64,000 nt of DNA. It comes from Geosiphon pyriformis uo1. Its lineage: Eukaryota > Fungi > Glomeromycota. Shown one piece after another: positions 39,956 to 50,177 of the stretch (position 1 is the stretch's first letter; each line of letters begins with the position of its first letter). Both the position numbers and the translations under genes were made by a program. Where the stretch lies: assembly GCA_016748015.1 (NCBI GenBank), contig JAAOMT010000226.1:186001-250000 (forward strand), in the 5' to 3' direction. A model generated the notes under the pieces. That model did not search any database, was not told the DNA's origin, and saw only the letters and a program-made list of their open reading frames with translations.

Positions 39956-40651
39956 TAACCTCCTCCTCAAGATTGAGCTCCGTCAAAGTCCAAGTACTGT
40001 CTGTTATTTCCAGATAATAATCCAAAATTATTGAAGAAATTTGGTCTGAAAATTGTTGAAATTTCAGTTCTGTAAGCTTTCCAATGTATTGAATCTTCAA
40101 AGGTTGAAAAATTGGGTTTTGTAGTATGTTTTCACAGATGTGGAATAGGTCATAAAGTCTAAGAGCAGCTCTAAGCCTGTAGTGACTGTTTGTTGATCCA
40201 GTTGTTGTCTTGAATTCATTGTGGAGTTGTTTCTGAATAGCTTTTTTTGTGAGGTTTGCTGTTGTAAGTTCCAGTTTCCATTTGTAGAGTGTTTTTCCAA
40301 TGTGAAAATATCTATAAATTGGAAGATATTCAGTGTTTTCTTCATTGAGACACAGTTGAAGTTTTTGTTGAATTGTAGCATTTGGTGGAATACTAATCGG
40401 AGTGAGCATTAGGTTTTCTCTTAAAGCAAGCTTTAAAAGTTCTGGCAAATGAATTCCAGTATAACTTCTTGTGTTTTTTTATATGGGTGATATTTTCGTG
40501 AGTTTGGGGCTAAATTTGTAACTACTTCTGTTTGAGTATAATTTATGTGGTTTCCAGTAACAGTAATGGATAATTCAGGTATTGTTTTTAAAGCTAACAT
40601 TAGTTTTTGGAATAATTGTTGAATGTTTTGAGGAATAGTCATTATAAGCAA
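39924..40651 (-). CDS. G2 ORF3 (env position), ~240 aa in two frames (40433..40651 and 39924..40448), unknown function
   Basis: Nearly stop-free although pol is decayed. Runs through the PPT (LEEEV) and ends inside the 3' LTR. No signal peptide or TM segment visible. Confidence 0.65.
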
Positions 40652-40879
40652 TTAAAAAACTAAAAAATTATTTTTGGTGTATGGGTTTTTATGTTATTTT
40701 TGTTTTGTTTTTGTAAGATTGTTTTCTAAATTATAAGAGAATAACTAGTAAAATTAAATTAAGTGTTCAGGTTGGAAGGTTGTTCAATGACAACTATTGG
40801 TTCTAAGTTTCGGGGAATATCTTCGGGATTGACCAAAGGGGAATGTGTACCAATTTGTGGAATTAATAGTTCAGAATTG

Positions 40880-43800
40880 TTTTTGGAATGATAGTGTTTC
40901 AAACAATTTTCATGTGCAACTTTTACTAGAATTTTGTCATTATGCCATTCTTTTTGTTGAGCTTGGAAGTGTTCAATATAGGTGGCTGCTATTCGTCATT
41001 TTCCTTCCAATGTGCTAAGCAGAGTGTAGGCTCTTTGCTGAAGCCTTTCTTGGAAATTGTTTTCATCAATCGGTTGTGCTGAGTATGTTTCTACTGTGAA
41101 ACTAATTGGTAACGTTGCCATCTTTCCATAAGTTAAATCAAATGGTGTGTGTTTTGTGGTATCTTGTTTTAATGTCTTATATGCTAGTAACACTGATAGA
41201 ATAAAGAGATCCCATTCTTGCTCAAAATCGGTTGAGACTTTGGTTAATGATTCACACAATGTTCTGTTAAAATGTTCCACAAGTCCATTTGTTTGTAGAT
41301 GGTAGGGTGAAGACAAAGGTCTTTTGACATTGAATCATTCACAAATTTTTTGTATCAGGTTGTTCACAAAGTGTGTTCCCTGATCGGATAAAAGTTCAAT
41401 TGGACATCCATGTCTACAAATGATGTTTTCGTAGATGAAATTTGCTACTGATTTTGCATCTGCTTGTTGAATGGCTCTGGCTTCAGGCCATTTAGTAAGA
41501 TAGTCTACAGCTACTGCAATATAATGGTTTCCTTGAGTGGTAATAGATAGTAGTCCGACTAAATCGATACCAACTCTGTCAAAAGGCTGTCCAACTTTGA
41601 TTGGATTTAAAGGTTCTGTAGGGCGAGTTTCTCCTCTTCTTTGACAACTATCACAAGATTCGACATATTCGTAAATGTCTTTTCTCATTCGAGGCCAAAA
41701 GTAGTATTCTAGTGTTCTTTGGGTGGTGCTATCTTTTCTGAAGTGTGCTGATGAAGGATCTGAGTGCATATTGTATAAAATGGTCTCTTTTTCCTGTTTT
41801 TGTATTAATCTGAGTGGTTTGGTTGGGTTTTTGAAATTTTGATGATAGATAATGTTGTTGTGTAGAAAATATTGTTTGGCTTGTTGTTGTAACCAATGTT
41901 TTTTGTCTGAGGACTAATCTGTTGGGATTGTTAATGTCTCCAAATATTGTTTGAGATTGTTGTAGTTTTTGGGGTTTATTGTTTGTTGTTTTGATGCTGT
42001 TAATTCAAATGGGTGTTGGTTTTGTTTTCTAATCTTGCCTCATTCTTGAGAGACAATCAATGTTGGTGTGGAGTTTTTCTGGTTTGTGGTGTACAATGTA
42101 TTGGTAATTAGCTAAAAATTCTGTCCATCGGATTTGTTTTGCGTTTAACTGGGTGTTTTTGTTTTGAAGCCATTTAAGTCCAATATTATCAGTGATAATA
42201 TCAAATTCTTTGGGTCTGAGGTAAAGGTTGAAGTGATGTAGGGCCCAGATTACTGCTGCAGTTTCTAATTCTGTTGCGGGGTAGTTCTTTTCAGCTGGCT
42301 TTAATGTTCTACTAGCATAAGCAATTACTCGCTCATTTCCATTGTCATCTAACTGTGATAGGATGGCACCAAAGGCAGTATAAGAGGCGTTAGTTGCTAA
42401 CCGGAATCAGTTGCTGAAATCTGGGTAGGCGAGGATTGGAGCTGTTGTGAGTTTTTTCTTAAGTATTTCGAAGGCATTTTGGTGTTCTTCTGTCTATTTG
42501 TATTCGATATTTTAAGTAGTGAGCTGGTTGAAGGGTTTTGCAATTTCTGAGAATCCTTTGATGAATTTTCAGTAATAGGATGCTAATCCAATAAATCCTC
42601 TTAATTCTGTGATATTTCGTGAAGTCTTGAAGTTCTTGACAGTACTGATTTTTCCGGGGTCTGGTTTAATTCCATTTTTGCTAACAATGTGACCAAGAAA
42701 AACTAAACTTGTTTTTCTGAAGTAGCATTTTTCAATGTTCAGTTTCAATCCTGCTTTCCATAATCGTTGAAAAACTTCTCGCAGGTGAATTAAATGTAGC
42801 TCAAAAGATGGGTGAATAAACATCAGTGTCATCAAGATAAACTACTACTGATTTCCAAAGAAGGCCTTTGTAAACAACATCCATGAGTCTTTGGAATGTT
42901 GCTAGTGCATTGCATAATCCGAAAAACATTACATTGAACTTATAATTTTCTCCTTGAGTGGTGAATGCTGTTTTGGGGTGGTCTTTGGGATCCATAGCAA
43001 CTTGCCAGTATTCACTCTCTAAATCTAATGTTGAAAAGTATTTGGACTTTCCAAGGACATCCAACATGTCATTAATTTGGGGAAGAGGGTAGGCATCTCC
43101 AATGATAACACTATTGAGTTGTCGGTAATCAACACAAAATTGTATCTTTCCATTTTTTTTTTTAACTAGAACCACAGGTGAGGCCCATAGGCTCATTGAT
43201 AGTTGAATAAGCCCATTGTTAAGCATCCGTTGTACTTCTTCTCGGATAAATTGGTGACTTTCTGGAGCAACTCAGTAGGCTTGTTGTCGCCTGGGTTTGG
43301 CATCTTCTGTATAGATTTGGTGTTGAACCAAATCAGTTCTTCCTAAGTCATTGTTGTTTTCGGCAAAGATATCAGCAAATTCTGCAATTAGTTTTTTGAG
43401 CTGGGTCTGTTGTTGTAGTTCAAGTTGTCACATGTTGATTCGAGATAGTTTTTCCATGACAACATGGTAGTTTTCAGAACTAGGGTTTGGGTTGATTTTC
43501 AGTAGTGAATGTCTAATAATTTCAGGGAAATCGGGGACTGTTTGGGGTAATTCTTGTTAAAATATATTACTGTGAATAACTCCAATTTCTAAATTATTTA
43601 ATAAAATTATGGGGTAATTATTGGGGTTGTAAAAAGTAACTCGGACTTTCTTTGTTCCTTCTGGAATATAAATGTTTGGGATCAAAATATTATGTTCCAA
43701 GCAGACTTGTTCATTGGACTCAAAAATTTGTTGTGTGGTTGTTGGCTTTGTGCAAGTGTAGATTTCCGGATGTTCTTCAAAGAGTGAGATGGTAATCAGT

Positions 43801-45645
43801 TGTGGAAGTTTGAGAATCTGGTGGGATTCATTCTATGTGTTAAGAGCTATATTAACTGGAACTGTGAATCGTCTAGTTGAACCAAAACCTTGGGTTCCTC
43901 TATTGCTCTTTTCTAATTGCTCTCTTTGATTGACTAGTTGTAAACCCGAAATGTTGATTAGGGGTAGGTAGATAGCTTGGGCAATTTTTTCAGCATGTTC
44001 AATCTTGAATGGTTTGTCAGTTTCATTTTGAAGCATCACTGTTATGTCTCCAGTATATCCAGCATTGATTATTCCTTTTCTGACATTGATTCCTTTGCTT
44101 GCCAGAGAGGACCGGAAGGCAATTTGAACTATTGCTTCTGGCGGAATTTCGAATGCAATTTTGAGGTTGATTTTTGTGAAAGATTTGGGTTTAAGAACAA
44201 GAGTATCCTTGCCTGGATATCTTAGGTCATATCCAGCATCAATTTTATGTGCTTTTTCGGGTTTTATTCCTTGTCCATTGTTGTTGAAGTATTTAAATTG
44301 TAAGGCAGACTGATTTTTGATAAGATAGATGGGTGTTGTTTCAATTTCTTCCGTTTCTTCAGGTTCTCTGAATTCAATTTCATTCTCATCATTTTCGCTG
44401 GGCAAGGGGGTACTAAAAGCATAGCATTCAGGACACCATTGTTTATCGCAAGGCATAATGCATTCTTCACATAGCCTAATGTTCATTTGCTCTAATTGTT
44501 GAATTTGAGCTTCTTAGGTTGGGTAGGTGTGACTTGCAATTTGGTGGTAGACTTCTACTTCATCTTCGTAATTGAATCTAGCTAATTCCATAGTGTATTC
44601 AATGTATTCTACTTCCTTCATTTGATGAACATCTTCTTTGGTAGCTCCATTAATTAATGCCATTGCTAAGTCGAAAATCATCTTGGCATCATGAGGGTAG
44701 TGATAAAGTTTGTTAAGAGCACTATTGTATGCTGTATTAAAGGGTGTTCCTCTTTTTACTTTTTCTGAAATTGATAAAGCATATTGGCAGGTCTGATTGC
44801 AGACACCTCCTCTCATTGCTACATTAATCCAATTGCATTCTTTTGGTAGCGTATCTCCACAAGTCAAACAAGGGGTGTTGTCCCATTTCCTGCTCCTTTT
44901 TATTAGATGGCCCCATCGCTCTCTGTGGCAAGCCTTGCAGTAATAACAAGTATGATTCTTATATTCTTCTTCAGGTGAAATGCAGGCTCCTATTGACAAT
45001 AGTTTTTTGTGGCAGTCCTTACATTTAAGGGGAATATAGGGGTGTTGTTTCCTTGGTTCGGGTTTTGAGTAAGGTATATTTCATTCAGAGGTTTTGGGTT
45101 TAGTGTGTGGGATGAAATGTTCTTGTTCTGTTTCATCAGCCCAGTTGAAGAGTCATGAATGTTTCGAGTATTGGTTTTTCTTCTTCTGATTCAAATTCAA
45201 AAGCTGGGACTTTTTCAGAGCATTTGTTGAATGTACCACAAATGGCAGGTACCCGGGCGTGTTGTCCTTGGTAGGAGATTGTTAACTCTTGTGTTTCCCA
45301 ATTCAGATTAGCATTGGCTTTTTGAAGCCAATCATTTCCAACAAGAGCTTGATACTGGAGTGCGTCCATTATAAGAACTTTGACTGGAATGGTGATTCCA
45401 TCAAGAGTGAATGGAAAATTGTCAATTTCTCCTACTGGGGTCTTTTTTATGCCATTGGCAGTGACGATTACTGTTTGAGCTGGTCGGTCAACATTTCTTT
45501 TCAACTGTTGCATTAACTGGTAGGTAATAATGCTTCCAGCGGATCCACTGTCTAGGATCAAGTGAATTGGCTTTCCTTCTACTTCAGCTTCTGTGTACAT
45601 TGCAGTGATGGCTTTTTGCTCATTAGCCACTGCATTGCTAAGCAA
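40880..45645 (-). pseudogene. G2 pol: PR (45645-45240), Cys-rich insert (45030-44420), dUTPase (44290-43870), RT (43330-42500), RNase H (42450-42060), integrase (41900-40990)
   Basis: ORFs 45136..45645 (LILDSGSAGS), 44514..44999, 43833..44486, 42801..43226 (VVYLDD), 42569..42835, 41335..41769 (H..H..CDSC; GIDL; LLSDQG) and 40996..41316 (QTNGLVE). Confidence 0.95.
43870..44290 (-). CDS. dut: Trimeric dUTPase domain in G2 pol
   Basis: All five motifs in order: DAGYDL, RSSLA, GIINAGYTGDI (catalytic D to N), KIAQAI, RGTQGFGST. Confidence 0.93.
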
Positions 45646-45949
45646 GAATGGTGATTCATTTGCTTCAAATTCAAAAGGAAAGATATCAAAGAGATTGGCA
45701 TTTTCAGCAATTCAGGCTGGTGGAATAGTAGTGTGGTGATGAGAAAGATTTCGTTGTTGTTGTGCTGCAGTTCTACCTTCTGAGAGTGCAGTATGGTGAA
45801 AATCCTGTTCTTCCGGCATTGTTAAATAACTGGGTTAAGTGTGGTAATGGTTGGGTCTTGGTTGAGTGGTATTTCAAGGAACCAATTGGTTATTCGAACT
45901 GATTCTACTGTTGTTTATTTGGTATCGGTTTTGTGGTGTAAATTGATTT

Positions 45950-47639
45950 TGTGTAATCAGTCTTTGAGCAGGTACTTAATAATGTTGTGTGGGTAGTTGT
46001 TGGTATTGCTGTTGGATTGGTTGTGGGGTGGGCTGATAATAGTTATTTTGGTATTGGGGTCTTGGTGAATAGTAAGCTGGTGGTGATGGTTGATAATAAG
46101 ATTGCTGTGGTGAAGAGTAACGTTGATTACCCTTATTTTGTTGGTCTCATTGCAGCTTTCTGCAATCTCTTTTCCAGTAGCCAGAAATTCCACAGTAATG
46201 GCAATTCTGGGGCTGGTTATTGGAAAGTGGTGCAAAGTTATTTTGATTTCGTCTTTGGGGTGGTTGATATCTTTGGGGTTGTTGTTATTGTTGGTTGGTA
46301 AAATAGTTTTTGACCTTCTTTGTGAGTTGGTCAATTTTTTTCTTAGCTGCTGAGCTGGTTTCTCCAATTGCCAAATTTACAAGTTTTGTATGATTGGCTT
46401 CTTCCATGGCCATTTCATATCTTTTCGCATGCTGTATGGCAGAGTTTAAATCTTCTGGTACATGTGGGCGAACCTTTTTAATTAGTTTATCTTTTAGACC
46501 AGCAATAAATTGATCCAAGATTTGAGCATTGGAATAATAATTGTTTGTCTCGAGTTGGTGAATCCATCTAAAAAGTTTGTTGAATTTCCCAATATAAGTC
46601 ATAACGGATTTGGAGGGTTCTTGTTTGATATTTCGAAAACGATTGCGAAGAGTAATGGAGGTATTATTGTCAGTGAACTGTTCAAGGAAAGCTGCTTTAA
46701 AAGCATTCCAATCATTGAATAGAGTGGTAAGATTTTCAAACCATTCTCCTGCTGTTCCTTTGAGAAAGTAGGAAATTGTTCTTAACATTCTGGCAGCGTT
46801 CCATCCATTTGCATCTCCAGCTTTAGTAACTTGGTCAAGCCATTCTTGGGGACTGGTCTCAATATCTTCTTCATTGAATTCAGGGATTTTTGTGATGTAT
46901 GTTGTTATTTCGTCTTCTTTGTTTTCACTGTCTATTGATTCTTCTTCAGTTATTTCAGAGTTGTTTTCTTCGTTTGCTGTTGTCTCAGAGTGTTCACTTT
47001 GATTTTCAGCTAAAAAATCAAGGAGATTGGAATTAGTTTAAAGGGGTTCTTGTTGTCTGGTGGGACTTCTGAGTGATGTAAAATCTTCTGGTCTTGCAAA
47101 TCGATTCAAGGGTGAATTAGGTGTTTGTGCTTGTGCAAGTGAAGCTAGAAAAGGTGTGATAGTAAGTGGAAGTTTTGAACTGGTTCTTTGTTCAGGTGTT
47201 TGTAGATGTTTGGCAGTTGTTTTTGGTAGTGTTGGAGTATTTGGGGTGGTTCTTGAATATTGCTTTAATTTGTTTTTGCCTTTGTTGCTTGTTTCTGTTT
47301 CTGATTCAAAGTCAATAGTGTATTGAGACTGCACTGGATATGTTTCTTCACAGTATTTGATAATATTAAAATTAAGTTCGTGAAAGTAAGTGGCAAGTGT
47401 TTCACTATTAAGGTCTTCAGTTCCCAACTGTGAATAGTGTGCTAAATTATTGTAAAGGTTGCTTCTAACTTCTGAGATATTGTAATTTCCAAAAAGATAA
47501 TTGTTGATGCAGTTTTCAATGTATTGGTATACTGATTTCTTGACAACTTCAATTCCGTCTGGAATGTTGAATCTTTGCTTGCAGTGGGTGTAAATTGATT
47601 GGTAATACTCTAGAGTTGTTGTGTCTGGTGTGGTCGCCA
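45950..47639 (-). pseudogene. G2 gag (N-terminal extension, retrotransposon-gag core, CCHC knuckle, Q/P/N-rich linker)
   Basis: ORFs 47038..47748 and 46285..46788 (FLKGTAGEWF...NIKQ...SVMTY...FIAGL). Knuckle CHYCGISGYWKRDC at ~46205-46165. Confidence 0.88.
47630..47639 (-). promoter_or_regulatory. Primer-binding site of G2, TGGCGACCAC
   Basis: Immediately internal to the 5' LTR. Complementary to a tRNA 3' end ...GUGGUCGCCA (tRNA-Arg-like; not verified). Confidence 0.75.
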
Positions 47640-48612
47640 NNNNNNNNNNNNNNNNNNNNTTTTCTGTAATGTTGTTGATACTTATTTGCTGTGAATTCAC
47701 GTTTTCTGGATGTGGTTGAACCTCCAGTAACTGAATTTTTAACTTCAAATTATCTCCTATAATTTGAACTTGCTGGGCTTATGAGTGGAATGGCCAATTC
47801 CATGCCAGTTGCTTTATGTAGTTACATTGTAGTAAATGTCAACTCTTTCTCAGGAATTGCTCATCTGGAAGCTCACTAAAAATGTGTAGTTACTTTGCTG
47901 TGAAAGTCAACTCTTCTACAAGAATATCGTCTGTAGACTATCTTAATAATTGTAATAAGAAAATAAAAGAAAAATAAAAGAAATAGGATTTTTATCAAGG
48001 GAAACGTTTTCTATCCAGGCCTAGAGTCACTAACAGTTTACTGAAATTGGTAGCTAATCAATTTCAAAATGTTAGTTGGGTTTTGAAGATTTTCCAAGTG
48101 TAATAATTAAAAAATTTGGTTTTTTTTGAATTATTTGATTTTTATTTCTTTTTGTGTATGTAGAAATGGTTCTAAGTGATAAATCTAAAGTAAGATATAT
48201 TTTCTTAAAGAAAAAAGCTCTTCTTTTATACAACTTGTCGTAACACTATTCTATGAACTTGAACTTTGCTATTTTCTACAATTTCACTGAACTAAAGATA
48301 CATTTTGGCAAACTACAAGTTATTTCTGCAAACTTATTAGATATTTCAGTGAACTATCAATTATTTCGGCAAATTTCTATAAATTTTGGTGAACTTTTGA
48401 ATGTTACATAGTTTGGGGTATTGCATGATTGATCATCGCAATTAGGTTACATTTGTGTTGTGTACAATTTGGGTTATTAATTAAATAATAATTTCAGACA
48501 TTCTTTGCTAATGTAATAAGTGATAATTTGAAACGATAATATATGCTAATTAATGATAAGAATTATAAGATAGTTTCATGCTAAATGATATCTCTAATTT
48601 CATCTGGTAACA
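47640..48612 (-). repeat. 5' LTR of G2 (inner end hidden by a 20-N gap, 47640-47659)
   Basis: Direct repeat of 38970-39955. Confidence 0.95.
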
Positions 48613-49890
48613 ATGGATGGTTTTTTAAGTGGGCTGAGTACTTTTGGTATGAAAGCTGGTGCTGTGGTTTTTTTTGAAGACATTAATTTAAGTTTGGGTG
48701 TGGAAGTGTTTGAATTGGTCTCTTTTACTATGGCAGAGTTGCAGGCCATAGCTCTGGCTCTCGAGTGTGTTCCTCTTTTTCATTCAATTGACTTGTTCTC
48801 AGACAACCAAGCTGCTTTAGATGCATGCAAATCAGAATCTAAGTTGATGCATCCAAATTTCAGGAATTGGTGTTGGATCAAGCATTGCCATATTGCTAAT
48901 GTTGTTTGTTAGAAAAATATGGATATTAATTGGGTTAAAGTTAGAGGTCACTCTGGTGTTTTGGGCAATGAACAGGCTGACACTTTTACTGGAGCTGCTG
49001 CATTATCTGATATGCGTCTTCTTCACATGATTAATGAACATTTTCTTAGGGCTGGTGGTGCTACAGTGTCTGATAACTCTAGATATTTTGTTTGTGGCGT
49101 CTTCCAATTTATTCACCATGCACACTAAGAGGTTGGTTCTGGTTTCTGGGTCTTGGTAGATAGTTTGCATGCTGATGTTGATTGGTCCAAATCCTCTTTG
49201 ATGTGACATCTGGACTTGCATTTGGCTGCTGGCTTTACCAGCACTCAGACTACTGGTCTTTAAATGTATTTTATGAAGGCATTACATCATTATCTTCCAG
49301 TTGCTGTGCATAAGTGTCTTTATAATAGGAGTTATTCCAATATAATATGTTTATTCTGTGGCAATGTTGAGATTTTAGACCATGTGTTTTCTTGTCTATT
49401 TGATGCTGCTGGTTGTGTTTAGTTGGTGGAAGTTCATGCATCTGTTTGTGAGGCATGTTTGAGGTTGTCTCGCTTTTCTTCATGTGTTTCACAGCTACTT
49501 TCTAATTGCATCTTTAATGTTGTTGTTGGTGCAGCTCTATGTAAGAGCTTTGTTTTTAATGAGTGGTATCGTAAATCTGTTGCTGTTTTTAAAGACTCTA
49601 AGGTTGTAGCCCAGAATATTGTGGCCTTTGTGCATGAGTTTTGCCTTATGTTTTATAATGATATTTGGCTGGTGCATGCTAAACACCAGACTTTTATAGA
49701 AAAGAATGGCATGATCTCACATAATGATTCTGTTCTTGTTTCAATCTCTGGTCTTCCTTTGGTGCTTTTGGCCAGTATGGTTAGGTTGTTGGATATTGCA
49801 GATGCATTTGGTGTGGGTTTTGGGTTTCATAAATTTTGTTTATTCTTTACAGATATCAGTGATGTGGTTTCAGTACATATAAGTACCTAG
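48613..49890 (+). pseudogene. LINE ORF2, 3' part: RNase H and C-terminal zinc finger
   Basis: MDG..., TMAELQAI, FSDNQAA, WVKVRGHSGVLGNEQAD; CLFCGNVEILDHVFSC; stop at 49888-49890. Confidence 0.92.
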
Positions 49891-50177
49891 TATTGTTCTG
49901 ACTAGCCTGAGTGGCTGGTCACGTGTAGAAAATGCATGATTTACATCTAATTTAGATCACTTGTATAATATATTGTAGTAGGCTGTATTTGGACCTTGCT
50001 TGTTAAACTGATAATAAAAAAAAATAGATTATTTAAAAGCCAAAAAAGTTTAATTTTGATTTTAAATTTTATTAGTGTTTTTTGTTACAGTTTTATTAAT
50101 TGTATTTTAATTAGTTTAATAATATTAAATTTAAATAATATAATATATATAGTTTTTATTAATATTTTTATTAAAAT

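Larger units (their letters stand above)
38970..48612 (-). mobile_element. Complete two-LTR Ty3/Gypsy element (G2, ~9.6 kb) with dUTPase and extra 3' ORF; inactivated by point mutations
   Basis: Termini TGTTAC...GTAACA. TSD ATGG (38966-38969, 48613-48616). PBS TGGCGACCAC (47639-47630). PPT GAGGAGGAGG (39968-39959). Gag, PR (ILDSGS), dUTPase, RT (YLDD), RH, IN. Confidence 0.97.
33620..50019 (+). mobile_element. Full-length (~6.75 kb without the nested Gypsy) L1/Tx1-like non-LTR retrotransposon with RNase H, inactivated
   Basis: 5' UTR, ORF1, ORF2 (APE-RT-RNH-ZF), 3' UTR and A-tail. Flanking direct repeat AAAAATAGATTAT at 33607-33619 and 50020-50032 (TSD at a T/AAAA-type site). Interrupted by G2 at 38970-48612. 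Confidence 0.92.

Noticed and set aside
39924-40651. ORF3 as an envelope gene
   Set aside because: No signal peptide, furin site or transmembrane segment; too short.
49900-49950. LINE 3' UTR as a tRNA-derived sequence or hammerhead ribozyme
   Set aside because: TGGCCTGAGTGG resembles an A box, but there is no convincing B box or cloverleaf, and the CUGANGA core is absent.
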